The translations under genes and the position numbers were made by a program. The notes beneath the pieces were generated by a model. The model saw only the letters and a program-made list of their open reading frames with translations. It had not been told where the DNA came from and did no database searches. A stretch of 51,460 nucleotides of DNA, the filler included, from Porpidia crustulata (Eukaryota), in assembly GCA_964255105.1 (NCBI GenBank). It is 2 parts of 2 records of this genome, joined end to end, with 100 filler letters (N's around TTAATTAATTAA, not from the genome) between each part and the next. Parts side by side here need not be neighbours in the genome. Positions count along the whole stretch, not along the records: positions 25,812 to 51,460 come from CAXUWE010000050.1; 1 more part is not named here. The stretch is one strand, 5' to 3'. Below are positions 25,922 through 39,559 of this stretch, piece after piece; the first letter of the stretch is position 1, and every line of letters starts with the position of its first letter.

Positions 25922-26375
25922 ATCATTAACGCGGAATTTTTTTCTCACATCCGCGCGCTCTTCGAAGATTTCTAACCTCTAGAGTATCGCAATGCTATCT
26001 ACCTACTTTGGGAAAGCATCGCCGACCGCCTTGCTATATAATGCATGTTTTATAAAAATGGAGAGAGGCACTGGCCGGCATTGATTTCCATGGGCAACCC
26101 AACCGCGGATGTAAATAATGCACTTCGAGTATGTACGCCACTACGCGAATAAACACTCGGAAGAGCGAAAGCAGATACTGGTTTGATCAGAAGAGACTCC
26201 TAGGCTAATGCAATCAATGGAGTGTTGTTGTCGGGAGCCCAAAGAAACGCCTCTGCGATGGGAGCCAGAGCGTGCGCCGGAAGTGCATGATGATGCTGAA
26301 TAACAGTAACGGGCCGTGAAGGGTAGAGAAGAAAGCCGGAGGCAAACCATGAGCGCCAGCTAAATTCTATACAAG

Positions 26376-29300
26376 TCATAATTTTTTCCTCTTCGGCACA
26401 ATAAAGGGATTTACTTCCTTCTGTTTCATGCTTGGCGGCCTCACATGGTTGTTTGACGGTAACGGTCTCCTTGGCTCGACCCCTTTCTTTGGTGGGAGCT
26501 CGCGTCCATTCTCATACTTGCCACTGGAGCTGAACGAAGGATCACGACCGTTTCTTTCCGCAGCGGGACCAGTAGGGACATTTGTAGTATGTACATCAGA
26601 GACTTGCCTCGGCTCCATAGGCTGAGAGCGTGAGGAGGTGTTCTTCTCGTCGATAACCGGGGACCGAATGGGGATGCTGTTGTATGAGGGAGCGCGGGGT
26701 GTGGGGACAACGTTGGAGCTGTTGCAGAGTGGCGGAGTTGCTACAGATGACCTCCGCTCCGCTTTGGGCGCTCGCATAGGAGGCGACGGTTCACGCTTTC
26801 TCTTCGGCGGCGCCTTTTGGTTTCCTATTTTTGGCTCATCTCTGGTTGGTGGCGGACTCTCACGCGTAGCGCGCACTGTGGGTACTGATTTGGCATGATC
26901 TCCTAATTGCTTCTTAGCTTGTGTCTCGGGGGCCCACTGCATTTTACGCTTATGGCCAGCCTCTTTTCTTTTCAACATCTCCTGCTCTCGTTTCGGAAGA
27001 GGCTGAATACTTGTACAGAGTCTCGAAGAATGACCCCATTGACCGCAATCGAGGCAACGTTCAACTGTGCAGGAGTTTATCCGATGGTCAACGCTTCCAC
27101 ATCGAAAACACGCGTCTTGAATCTTAAGCTTTGCTTCGACATTGTCGCACATGGAGGTTTGATGCGCCGCACTACCACAAACCGAGCAATTTGCATTAGA
27201 ATTGAGTCCGTTAGATCCCCCAGATGGCGCATTGAATTGAGGACTTGATTCTTCCCTCATCGTATGTGAAGGAGCATCAACCTTGGATAATACATTTGCA
27301 GACAAAGCTGAACTATCCTTATCACCTATGAAGCGATCGACAACTGGTGCGTCCCACATATCGATGTCGTTATTTGTCACCACTGCGCTGGACGAGGCCT
27401 GGCCGGGGACGACGGCATTCACGTTCAAAAGAGGCTGCTCCAGTAGACCAAGAATGTCGCCACTGGTGTAGAAGTTGCGCGTTCTAGCATCTTGGATCAG
27501 TCGACCCCAGAATTCACCTTGTCTTAGAGATTGGGCGTTTCCCAAGACCCATAGCGACGATTTTGCTCGAGTGATGCCAACATTCATTCGACGTATGTCA
27601 GACAGAAATCCTATTGTTCCATTCTTCGAAGCTCGAACACAGGAGAAGATGATCACTTCACTCTCTCTTCCTTGGAAGGCGTCTGTCGTATTGAATTCCA
27701 CCGTCGTGAGTATAGAGTCACCATATTTTATTGCGAAACGTGATCGAAGCTCTCGAAGTTGGCTCTTGTATGGTGTGATGATTCCAATTTTGTTACGAAA
27801 GTCATAACCCTTGCAATCCGTGACCAGGCGATCGAAAAGCTTCAACGCTACTTCGACCTCCCCAAAATTGACCAAAGAATGGCCGGATACGGTCCGGTGT
27901 ATGCCTTGAACGTCAAAGAAGCGGTAAGGTCCAAGAATTGCACTTTGATGCCATGGCTGAGTCCTCAACGACACCATCTGGGGACCATTGAGGAGCTTTC
28001 CGTCGTAGAAAGCCCTGCTCGGAAAAAAACTAATCTCAGGGTGCATGCGATATTGAGTGTCAAGAAGATGAACATCATTAGCATGGTTGGCTTGCATTCG
28101 AACAAATAAACTCTGCTCGTACTGGAACCGAGCAGCTTCTCTAGAAAGTACTGTTGGAGGCAGTTGTTTTGGATCGCCAACCAAGATGCATTTTGAACAT
28201 CCATACTTCAAGGGGATCAGAGCACTAAGCTCGATTGATTGGGCTGCCTCATCGATGATGACAGTTTCAAACTCTATATTGAGTGTCTGAAACATTTCGT
28301 GACCACTACCGCTGAGCGTAGCACAGATGACATGAGCATTGTCAAGAATTTCCTGCTGAGTCTTGCGTCGGATTATTTCGGCGTCCCTAGCTACTGTATT
28401 ACCACTGTCACGCACGGCATCAATTTTGGTGCTCAGCTGTTGTTTCTTTCTTTTGAGTAATTCGATGTCTTTTTCTTGCTCAGGAGACACCGAACTCCCA
28501 CTCGCTTTAATATCGCCAACTTTACCGAGAAGCATACGGAGTTCCTCGCTCAGACTTTTGTGTGCTGTCATAACTTGTCCAAGCTCATCTCCAGCGGTCT
28601 TTTGCATTCCTGTAAGACGAAGTTTTGCATTCACAAGCTCTTCGAGAGTTACATCAACGACATTGGTGTTAATGGCATCGCTTCGACCAAGGCGGATGAC
28701 CGACAATTTTCTGAATTCGCCGTTCAAGGTCTTAACACCTTCCTTGAATCTCATGACTAATTCATCCACTGCGGCATTGCTGGGTGCACAAATAAGCAGC
28801 TTTTTTGCAGCAGAAGGTCTAGCGCTTATCTGAGCAACATGGGGAGCAGCAATAGTTATGCCTTTGTCACCAAAATTGCCCGTCATCAGCGCGCCTACGA
28901 TAGCAACGATAGTCTTTGTTTTCCCCGATCCTGGCGGTCTACTCAACAGTAATTAGTATGATCTGTGACAATTGATTGGAAATATATGACTTGCCCTTGA
29001 ATCAGCGTAAATGCATCATTGTCAATTGCAGATCTAACGGCCTTGGCCTGCGCTATGTTGATTTTGTAATTGGCGACTAGTGGGCCCAGCTGGTTCTCAT
29101 TGTAACTAAGTAGCGGCGACGGTTTAGCTTTGATTATTTCATCACAGAGGTCGAAGTATTTCAAGCCTTGCAGTGCGCCGTACTCTCTCTCCAGTGGGGT
29201 TATCGAAGATATCTTGATACCATAGAGAATAGCATTGGGCACCATCAAAGCTAATAAAGGGACAGCGGAGTTGACACGATAAGTAATTTCCATCGAGGCC

Positions 29301-32300
29301 TTCTTACGGGTAATCTTGAATACTCTTGCAAGGCAATGCAGCTGATCGGGCTGTGATGCAGGGGATTCTCCTTTCGACATGAGTACTATATCTGCTTCAC
29401 TAATACCGATATCTTTACCCTCGGCCATTGGCATCGCACTTGCTACTTCAATAAAAGAGTCGACACTCATACGGTTGGCAACTTTGATTTCGAAGGACTT
29501 AAAATTACCTTCCTCTTTTGATTTCAGAAATCCTTGCCAAGCTTCAAGAACTAGGAGAGGTTGAAAAATGTTTTGGTAATCCACGGGATTCCGAAAGGTA
29601 TTCGCCACCAGACTGTAGTCATCACGGTCAGAGCCTGGAGGAATATCACCTCGGTGAAAGAAATCCCAGCTAAGAATGGTTTGGTGAAGGGAGGTAAGAT
29701 CGGGGGCCAATCGTGCGCGCATATCCTTAGCAGACCTGAGTTGTCGAGTCTTCTTAACGGGTCCCTGGTCTCTGAGTTGCTTCGATTTGCTTGCATGGTA
29801 GTCTTTAACAGCATCAGACATCTTTGATGGCTTCTCGGACTTGCCGAAAAGCTCGTGATCGAGATCATCATCTGATTCGGATTCTGATTCCGAAGAGACC
29901 ATCATCCCAGAGCCTTTGGGAGCATGGTCTTTGCCTACTATACCAATACTGCCGAGCGCCGGTGTCTCCTTGAACACGGCTTTACTCTTTTTGACTTTGA
30001 GAATCTCCTCCGCATCGCGCTTCTTCTTGGCTTCTCTCTCCTTTTCACGTTTCTCGCGAAAGCTTGCTCGTTCGTCTGCAACCTGAGCTTCTGTTTTGCC
30101 CCCTCTCACCAGATGTGGCTCACGCCTCGAAGCCTGGTGTGATCGCTCTGCCTGTTGCCTCTTCAGCAGCTTGACGGAACGGCCGAACTCGAGTAGGTCC
30201 CTATCAAGCTCAGGTGTCGATCCGTATTCATCTTCGTCAGATATGTCGACCACGGATTGCGATGGCTTTGCTCTGGCCTTCCACGCCACTAAGTCGATAG
30301 TCCCGGATTTAGTACCACTTTTCTTCTCCTGGGCTGAATTCGTGACTCGGCTTTGATTTGACGGTACGCCGGCTCCCGAGTGCACTTGTGATCTTGTATC
30401 CGACAGCTCTGTTTCTATGTCCACGATTGAGATTGGATGCCCTACATTTGTCTCAAGAGCTCTGGCAAGTTCAGCTTTGTCTTGTGCTGACAAAACGGTT
30501 CGCCCCTGAGAGGCCCCTTGAATTACGTTCTCAAGAAACTTACACGAAGGCTCAGCGAGAGTCATTTTACGGTCGCTGAGACGGTCCAAGATCTTTTTGG
30601 TTAGCTTAATTGAAATCTCTGCTAAGAATATATCGCGAAGTCTGAGCCATTTGATCAATGCTTCCATGGTCCTGGCCGGGTGCTTCAACAATTCTTTACT
30701 AGCCAGTTTATTGTCGGAAATACTCCCGCCTCCCTCTTGTTTTATCCACACAGTCGAATCAACAGCACTGGCAAAGATGTTATAATGATCAAAAAAGCGT
30801 TCCGAAAATTGCATGGTATCTCTGCAAAATTCTTTCATGACAGTGTTGTCAGTCGCGCGTGTCCGGCCCCACTCTTCGGTCATCTCATAGATGACTCGTA
30901 GAGCTTCCCATTGGTACTCCCAGAAGCTTTCAACCACTTCAGTTTCCCGGAGACCTGAGAGCCTACGCGTACGAAGAATACCACTCTGTGAGTCACACAG
31001 AATATCGATCACGTCCGTGCAAGTTTTCAGCATTCGGGGGCACGAAGCGTAACTCCTGTTTTGTGCTATCCGACGGACGGACCAGGAGATGCTGCTCAAC
31101 GTTGTTTCGAAAAAGTGATTTAGCAAATGTCCGACAGCTTCCTTCCGTGCGGATTCCGAGCTGATGCTCTTGATAAGATTAACCCCAGCCTCGTACGTAC
31201 TAGCATCAGGCGAGAATAAGGAGGCAACAAGCGCAACAGCTGTGTCTGAATGACGAAATAGCTTGTCAAGATCGCTCGGGTCAAAATCGTTGATCCGTTC
31301 AAGCATCTGACACACCAAGTGCGTAAGATGCCCAAAAGTGACATTGAACTGGCTCTTTTCTTTTGAATACTTATCCTCTGATGTTGTCTTGAACCTTTCG
31401 ATTCCAGTCAAGCCGTTGATACCGGTCAGTGCAGCTCTGGCTACAACAATATTTCCGCGATCGAGGTGGTTGACTATAGCACTCCAGATGGTAGGAGAGT
31501 AAGAGGAGAACCCCGATGGTAGCGTTTGATCTTGTCGGAGAGCCTCTTGGTCTGACCTCAAGTACTTACATTCTAATGCAAGAGCGCCTTTTACGGCTCT
31601 CATGCATGGTTCTTCCAGTGCTAAGCGGAAATTGCTCGAAATGGGTAAGGAAGGCGTTGCAAGGATTTGTTTTACGTAGGTTCCAGCCACTTCCAATGTC
31701 TCGGCAGCTACGACACGTCCGACGGCCTTAAAGTATGCGTCTTCCTTATTGCAATTGGCCAATGTCCAATTGAGTACACCAAGACCGATTCGAAAACACT
31801 CAATTCTAGCGTACATCGGAAATCTATCAGCTTGTAATCGGTCCATCAGCTGGAACGTAAGTGAGCGACAAGCTTGGGCTTGGTGCGCAGTGTGGAGAGA
31901 TGCCATGAATGGTTTGACCCATGATAGCATGTCCTTAAGTGGAGAAGCGTCATAGTCGTCATCTTCGTTGGCTTCCTGTAGAAATTTATCGTATTGCGGA
32001 TTATTGAAAACTTGTTCAATCACAGTTGTGGGTGAGATCGCTCCCATGGACTCCCAGAAGTCCTTTGGTGCAACTTCAAGTAGTCGTTCGATTGTTTGAA
32101 GTAAGAACCTTAGACCAGGAGTGTCGTATTGCAAATGCTCAAGGGACAGTCTGAATAGGTCAACGTCCATGGCTCGCAGCGAGTGTGTTATAAGATCGCT
32201 GTCGAGTCTCTCGATGATCAATCTTACACCGCACCACACCCGCTGAATTAAGGTTGAGTCTGTGATTGCCTCAGATGACAATCTGAGAACTGCAAGTAAC

Positions 32301-33172
32301 GAGTCTCGCACGGCAAAATCAAAGTCTTCTTTCGAGAGATGCTTTCGGTACTTGGACCAAGTGTGCAAAGCCCAGATACATCGCGAATTGTTTTGATCGA
32401 AGAGAAATCTCGTAGCTGCCGGTACATAATGTGCCACTGCAAGTCGCTTATTTGTTTGAACTAGTGCCAATGGTTCTTGCAGGTGTTGCTCGACAAGATC
32501 ATCACATACAAGGAATGCCTGGCATGTGAGGGCTTCGAATAAGGAGAGCTGATCAGATAGATGAAGGACATCTCTGCCTCGGCGGCGGATCTCTGTAGCT
32601 TTCAGCGTCTGGGTTGCACTTTCAAGCCCTCGTTTGATTCTCTGTATATCCTCATCGTCGATAATTTTGAAAAAGGCAGAAACGTCTTCCTCATCGTAAT
32701 CACTACACTGATCAGCATCTGTCAGATGGTTCCTGGATACATCCTTCGCGGGCTCTAGGACAGACTCACTGCCTCATGCGTTCGATTTTCTGATGCTTGG
32801 ACTTGTAGTAAGACACTATGCACGTATCGCACTTTCCCAACTGCAATTTAATTTGTTCTCTCAGATACTCCTGATGTGGAAGGACATCTTCACCATCGTA
32901 GGCGAATAGTTTCAAGCATTCAAATGCGAGATCAAGACGATGCCCTATAGAAGATGGGATCGAATCTTCGATTTTAATACGGGCTTGTTCCTCCTCCAAC
33001 AAATCTTGCCTAGCTGGGATTTTGGCATCTTCCAAAGAACAGAACCAATGAAGCTCAGGAGGAAGATCTTTGAGCTCACTTTTGTAGGAGACTACCATCA
33101 GCATACACCGTCTTTGAGGGCATTTCTACGGAATTCGAGTGCTCACTGAAGCTTGGATAATATTTCCGCCAT
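26376..33172 (-). CDS. SEN1: Sen1/senataxin RNA-DNA helicase
   Basis: Sen1 N-terminal region (LHWFC), IQG-PPGSGKT, CAPSNAAVDE, IIDEAAQ, VGDPKQLPPT, QYRMHP, TTDAFQGRE, RRMNVGITRAK; ATG at 33172. Confidence 0.95.
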
Positions 33173-33730
33173 AGCCGCCACCTGCAGTCACCTTTGCAAT
33201 TCTTTATTTTAATGTGATCTTTCCTAGAAGAACAGTCTACCGAGCATTGCACCTCTAATACCGTTATATCTCATCTCTCAACTCTTCACCGACGCCTACT
33301 TGATGAAGGGAACATCTCTACGACAGAGAAATATGTAGGGCGTATAGTACTACACTGTTGGCTGGCAAGTGACGAAGCAAGTGACAAATCTACAACAGCA
33401 GCTATCGAAATAACTCTGTGTCATACCAAAGCTCTTCGACAAGGTGAAGTGTATATAGCCTTTTAATGTCTTGGCAGAGAAGGTATGTGGTCATGATACC
33501 TTGCTTAAGTGACGGAAGTGACGCGAACGGTAACCGAGACGCGAAACAAGGATGTGACACCCAACTAGTGAACGTGGTGAAAAATACAAGTGGAATGGAG
33601 AGCCTAATAACCAAAGAGCATGAGTGTTGTACCGTAGATGGGAAGTAGTATCGTGCACCTTCAGGTAGGTAGGTAGGTACTGTAAAAGAATGCTACCTCA
33701 TTCGGATTCCTAAAGTACCGGGTACCTACC

Positions 33731-33958
33731 CACGCGGGTTAAGAAAAAAATGAGACTGAGCAATAAGCGTCTTCAGTGAAAATCTTATTAAATTTGTCGA
33801 CGAATTTCACAAATATATGACTATATCACGATTTCACAGCGTTATGAACGATAAACTATTAAAATCATTAATTTTCGATTAATTTATAAAGATTCGCTGA
33901 CAGATTTCGTGAGATTTCTCGCTGCTTGCTCAGTCTCGTTTTTTTCTTCACCCGCGTG
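33731..33958. mobile_element. 228-bp MITE with 33-bp TIRs (CAC...GTG) and 5-bp TSD CTACC
   Basis: CTACC|CACGCGGGTTAAGAAAAAAATGAGACTGAGCAA...TTGCTCAGTCTCGTTTTTTTCTTCACCCGCGTG|CTACC; 2 mismatches between TIRs; AT-rich core. Confidence 0.9.
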
Positions 33959-34007
33959 CTACCTTAAGGTAGCGTGTAAGTCTTTATTCTACTACGTAGT
34001 AGTCATA

Positions 34008-34066
34008 CTCTCAATCAAACATCCAAGGTTTTAGCCCTAACCCTAAGTTCGATGTTCGATTAAGGG
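34008..34066 (-). repeat. Telomere-motif hairpin element, copy E (divergent, minus strand)
   Basis: Minus strand CTTAATCGAACATC / GATGTTTGATTGAG 14-bp stem with 2 G-U, enclosing TTAGGGTTAGGGCTAAAACCTTG (inner TAGGGTT/AACCTTG). Confidence 0.7.
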
Positions 34067-34849
34067 CTGTGTTCGTACGAGTAACCCTATCGAAACAGGC
34101 CTCACCTCATATATTCAGGGATTGAATAAAAGATGAGCTGGCCACTTCATTGAACCAATTCTATACTTATGCTATTGGTAAGATACGTATCATAGTATGT
34201 AGGGTTATGGCTTGACTAGCTAGCGGATCGCAAAATTGAGTACGCCTCCCCCCAGTCGAGTAGATGAATGAGGCTCTGCCTATGTAAGAGCGCGGTCGGA
34301 AGCCAAAAGCATTCCGACTTTGGAGCACATCACTAGAGATACTGGTGACCTATTGATTGCATCGTGGATCCCCAAAGCTTTCTCCACCCACAGTCCCTTT
34401 ACTGAACAGGCTTCAAGGCTCTACTAGATTACAGTGACGATATAAAGATCTCTTCGTTACAGTTGACTTCAGATTTACTGGCGTGTTGTCCAATCTCATA
34501 TAACTATGAATCCTCGTTCTAAATGTCGAGAACCTGAATCACGACGGGAGGTACCAAGGCAAGCACAAAAATATTGAGTCTGATTGTTGACGAACGGCTC
34601 GAGCGAAGTGAAATATGTTATAGCTATAGTATGAAGTCAGGGCTACCTCGCTTTTATCCCTGGCATAAGACGCCAAAAATCAATGAACCCCTGTTGTCGG
34701 TCCCAAGACTATGAACTCATACGCCGGCCTATCAGAACACCGACCGCCCAATGCGGAGAACCAACGTAAGTCGCTAACATGAAAGGAGATGGAGGTATCT
34801 ATTCGCTAAGGTGTATTTACAGTGTCAAGAAGGCAGAAGGAGTGCAATG

Positions 34850-37800
34850 CTATCGAAGGGATGAACTGCCATGGACCGGTCTCTGGGTCGGTCCTTGAGA
34901 ATGGCTGGACTCGATCCTCGTTAGTAAGGCGGCGGAAGTGAAATCATTGCTCGCCTCGTAGCTTGGTCTTATTTTGTCCATCGAATCTCGCATCCTGTCA
35001 AACGATGGCCTCGGCCGCTCAAACGACGGTCGGGTCGGTCTTTCAAGCGAAGACCTATGGCCCGTGTAGTCCGTTCCGTCGCTACCATTTTGGCTGCGTG
35101 GGTTGTAAGTTGTGTTGGTGGCAGTCACAGATGGTGGGTAAATTGGTCTTTGGCTTTCATTATCCGCCATAGGTATCTTTACAGTCGCGACTGGCTTCAC
35201 AGGCTGAGAGTCCTCTGACGATGCGGCGGAAACAGTCTTAGGCGGAACGTAAGCTTCATAGTTATCCAGGTACTTGAATTTGCCCTGGCGGACCTGTTCG
35301 CGAATGATGTCTACGTCTCTAGGCATGTAGATCTTTTGGAAGGCTTTCGCAGTGAAACGCGGCAGGAGGCAAATCATGATCGTCAACAGGGTAAGCGTCC
35401 AGAATGTAAGTTGACCATATACTTGGGTCGCAGCCTTGTAGAATTGATAGGACGAGGAAAATGCCGTGTAAACGCCAGTCCAAAAGAAAATCAACAGCAA
35501 ACTGATGACTACAAGGAGCACCATCAGCCAATCCCATCTATATGTATTTAGTAAGATGTAGATATTGACAACGGCAATCGTCGCGCAGGCGACGTAAACT
35601 CCTATACGCTCTGTGTCGTTGACAGACAAGCCACTGCTAGTCTCGAAAGTGGCCGGTTCGAAGAGTAGGTATGGCATATAGAAGCAGATTACCGACTGGT
35701 AGATCCCATCAAGCATATACATCCTAGGTGCGATTAGCAGGTGTCATATATGAGGTGACAGCTCCTTACCAGAACTTGACTTGAGTCCACTCTTTACGCT
35801 CGATGCCTCTTCGGTAGAGTTGGGGAACAGCCAGAGAGACCAAATCGGAGACGTCTTGATCGAGTATACCCATGAAGATAACGGGCAGAGACGTGAATGC
35901 CAGATTTACCAGAAGGATGTAGGTATAATCAAAGAGGTAAGTACCGTCGAAATTGTTGTAAAGCTGATACCAGAAAAGTGCAAATGTCCACACAATATTC
36001 TAGAATGTGTCAGTCACTGACACCACATACTCATCAGGGTCAACATGCCTTGTAGAAGAAATTTGCTATCGTCTCTGCCAACCTGCGATACGACCACCGG
36101 CCATGAACAAGTATCAATCGCTGCAAGAATCGGAATTGACCAATGGCGTAGTCCGAAGACATCACCGCTTGTCTACCCTCCTCCCCAGCAATGCCAACGC
36201 CTACGTCAGCTTCTTGGATCATTGCTACGTCGTTAGCACCATCCCCAACGGATAACGTTATGACATCCAACCCCGTCTTGACCATCTGTACCACAGCAGC
36301 TTTCTGGCTTGGGCTCACTCTACAGCAGAGAACCGCCTTGCATCTCTTGCACAGTAATAAGAACTTCTGCCGAATTGTATCCTCTAGGACCAACTTCAAG
36401 GAATCGCCGTCAATGACGATAGCATGTGTGGGTCCCGGAGGCTCATGATTTTTCTTAGCGGCTCGGAGCTCTTCGTCCGATCCAGTAATTCCAAAGGATG
36501 CCAAATGCTTATCAACTTCCGCCTCGGCTGTCTCCAATTTCTCATCCTCGACTTTAAAGACTAATAGATCCATTTCATTGCTAAGAAGATTGCAAGAGAA
36601 TCCAATGTTGATGGCCGTCTCCACCTTGTCGCCAGTGAGTACCCATAGCTTGATCCCGGCGTCTCCGAGCAATGCAATCGTGTCCGGGACGCCGTCCTGC
36701 AGCCGATCTTCTATAGCGGTCCCACCAAGGAGCGTAAGTTCCCTTTCAATGGCATCAGAAACTTTCTCGAGCTTGTCTTCGCGATCGACAATAGCCTCCG
36801 CAGCTAGATCATGCTCTTTGTTCCACGACCGGTATTCATCTTCATTGATTTCTTTAGACGCAATACATAATGTTCTGAGCCCTTCTCGAGCGAACATCTC
36901 AAGATGCTCAGCCGTTGACTTTCGTAGGAGCGGTTGCTCTCCGCGTCTCAGGCGGGAGTAGATCACACTATCAGCGCCTTTGCAGAACAGGACAATTCTT
37001 CCGTCTGGCATGCGGATTATAGCGCTCATCCGCTTTCTTGATGAGTTGAACTCCAGAGTATTAAGCACTGTGTATTCCCGTTCTTCGCCCATGATATTCA
37101 AAATGATGCCATCATTCGATCTACCTAGAACAGTGAAGCCACAATCGCGAGCCGTCGCTACCAAAGCTGCCTCGTCAGGTGATTGCGCTTTGAACTCAAT
37201 CTTGGGCGGGTTGCCCGTACTTCTCTCTGTAATCACCGTGTGGCATAGGGCAAGGGCGAGCATGAAGTTCTCGTTGGCCGCTCTTTGCATTTTGCCCGAA
37301 ACGCCTTCAAGGTCACTCACAAAATCTGGTGCAACAAATGTAAGTTCCTCGTCATGCAGATATGGGTTTGAGTGTAGATTTCGAAGGCTTCTCAGCATCT
37401 TTACCCGATCCTCGGCAATCTGCTTATGAGCTTTGGCGCCTTCTATTTCGATGTTGATTCCTTGACGTCTCTGCATGCCAGCCTGCGCTTCAGTGTAGGC
37501 CTCGCCGTAAGGAACGCCGTTTATGCTACATTTCTTGAACTCCATCACATTCTGTGTCAACGTACCGGTCTTATCGGAGAATATATACTCGATCTGTCCA
37601 AGATCGTCAGATATATTCCACGACTTTGGCGTGCACGGGTAATCGAGTTTTTCGTAGTACATCCAGGTATCGCTGTAGATGAAGAAGGCTTGGGCAGTCT
37701 TGATGATCTCAAGCGAAATATATAGCGATATGGGCACTAAGTTTTGGAAGAGAATCAAGGCCGTCCAGAAAGAAATAAAACCGTCCATGGCGGGCGATCC

Positions 37801-39559
37801 TCCAATGGAGCCAAACTCAAAGAAGTTCAAAGAGTCATGCCCCTGCGACCAGGTAACACCTTGAATAGTCCCTGAAACAAAACACATGAAGAAGAGGATG
37901 ACGAAATTGTAGATGACGTCCCAATTCAGCTCCCTCGCAATGCGTGATCGTTTGCTGGGTGTGATACCGGCATTCAGCATAATCTTCGTCTCCTGTCCGG
38001 TAAAGATTACCACACCGAGGACCCACTCGGTATTACGAAGACTGCAACCACGCAGAAGAAGATTGTTTATAGAGATGGGTTCAGCCATCTGTGTTCCGGG
38101 TTGCACCAGATTCCTAGGGTCTGTTTGGGTCCAGCGTGCAGCACCACTGTATTGGTACAGATTTGCATGTGGCGGCTCACTCTCGATGTAAAATTCGGTT
38201 CTCTCGCAGTCTTGCGCATGTCTGACTCTACGGCCACTGTGCAAAGCCTGTCGCACTTTTAAATTGGTTTCACCATCCAGGTTTTTAGTCTCTACGTAAC
38301 AGGCCCCATCGGGATCCGAGGTGGAAAGGATGACTACATCTGCAGGTATTTGATCCTCGTTATAGATGCGCACAAAATCACCAACCTGAACGCTCTTCCA
38401 ATAGTCTTTCTTGAATCTGGCTTTGCCAGGTGTATTCTTAAGAGCATTAAGAACGCTACCGTGAAATTTTCCAGGGGACGGGCCCTTCTGCGTATGGCTC
38501 ACGGGGGGCACTGACAATTTACCATCCGAGGTTGGTGTTATAGGGTCACCCGCATTATCTGAGAACGGAGACCCTTGAGGTTGGTCTTGATCTTCAGTGT
38601 GCCCGCCAAGTTGCCTTTCATGTCCCGGCTGGGGCGATGGGACAGGCGTCATTTGAATCCCATCCTCGCCCCCTTGACTCTGAATCGAATGAAAAGAGGG
38701 TCTGGATGAAATCACTGATGACCGATTCGTACGTCTGGTTTCGATGGAATGACGAGATTCGTCTAAGGCTCTCTGTGTATAGCTCTTCTCAGTCTCTGAC
38801 TTTCGTTGAGTCTTGCTTTTGTATTGTCTAAATAACCATATGATTCCCCTGCTAGTCGCTTTCTTGACCTTACGCCAGATTGAGATCGAGTCCTCCGAAG
38901 TGTTGACGTTGTTCCAGTCAACAAGTCGATGAACGGGTGAATTGTTCAACTCATTGTCCAATACCGTCCTTCGCCAATCCTCAATAGCGTCTTTCACAGC
39001 TGTGACGACGAGGATGACGATCAAAGGCACGGAGCCTAATGCGGGGTTCGAGGCCCCGAATATTGGAAAGATCTGTCAAATGCAAGCATAAGTAATCTGT
39101 GCACTTGAATTGGTCCAAAGGTCTTACCGCAAGTATGATTACAAAAAGGAAATATATGTTGGCAATATTATGAAATTGAAACCACAAGTTCTTCGGAACG
39201 AAGCTCAACGGGGTATATTTAGCGGTTCGGATCTTATTTCTTTCAAACGTTGTGAGCGGGCGCCCATCTTCATCCTTGGCGTCGTCCGGCAAGGGGATAT
39301 TAAAAAAGATCCTCCGCCTGCTTGACACACTTTCATCTTCATCTTCTGAGCCTTCAAGTTCTTCTTGCAACACGTCCAGATGGGTGCCACCTGCAATTTC
39401 ACTCTTCTTTTCGCCGGATCCCGATCTTTTGTGGAATCTATCCATAATACTATGGCGTTTCTTCCTTGCGTTTGAGCCAGTGACCCTTTGTGTTGCCCAT
39501 CGGATTCTCTTGACTGGTGTTGAGACATTACTGTCTTCATGATGCGCTTGGATTGCCAT
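34850..39559 (-). CDS. DNF1: P4-type ATPase phospholipid flippase (Dnf1/Dnf2-like)
   Basis: DGETNLK, DKTGTLT, SPDEAALV, KGAD, TGDKVETAINIG, GDGAND, PRDVDIIRE; three introns. Confidence 0.93.

Noticed and set aside
33663..33679. (AGGT)4 tract
   Set aside because: Common short microsatellite in fungal intergenic DNA
34031..34046. CCCTAACCCTAA as the telomerase RNA template
   Set aside because: Multicopy, and the wobble pattern favours the G-rich strand; no other TER structure could be verified
26428..38831. Many antisense ORFs within SEN1 and the flippase gene
   Set aside because: Shadow ORFs of long coding exons
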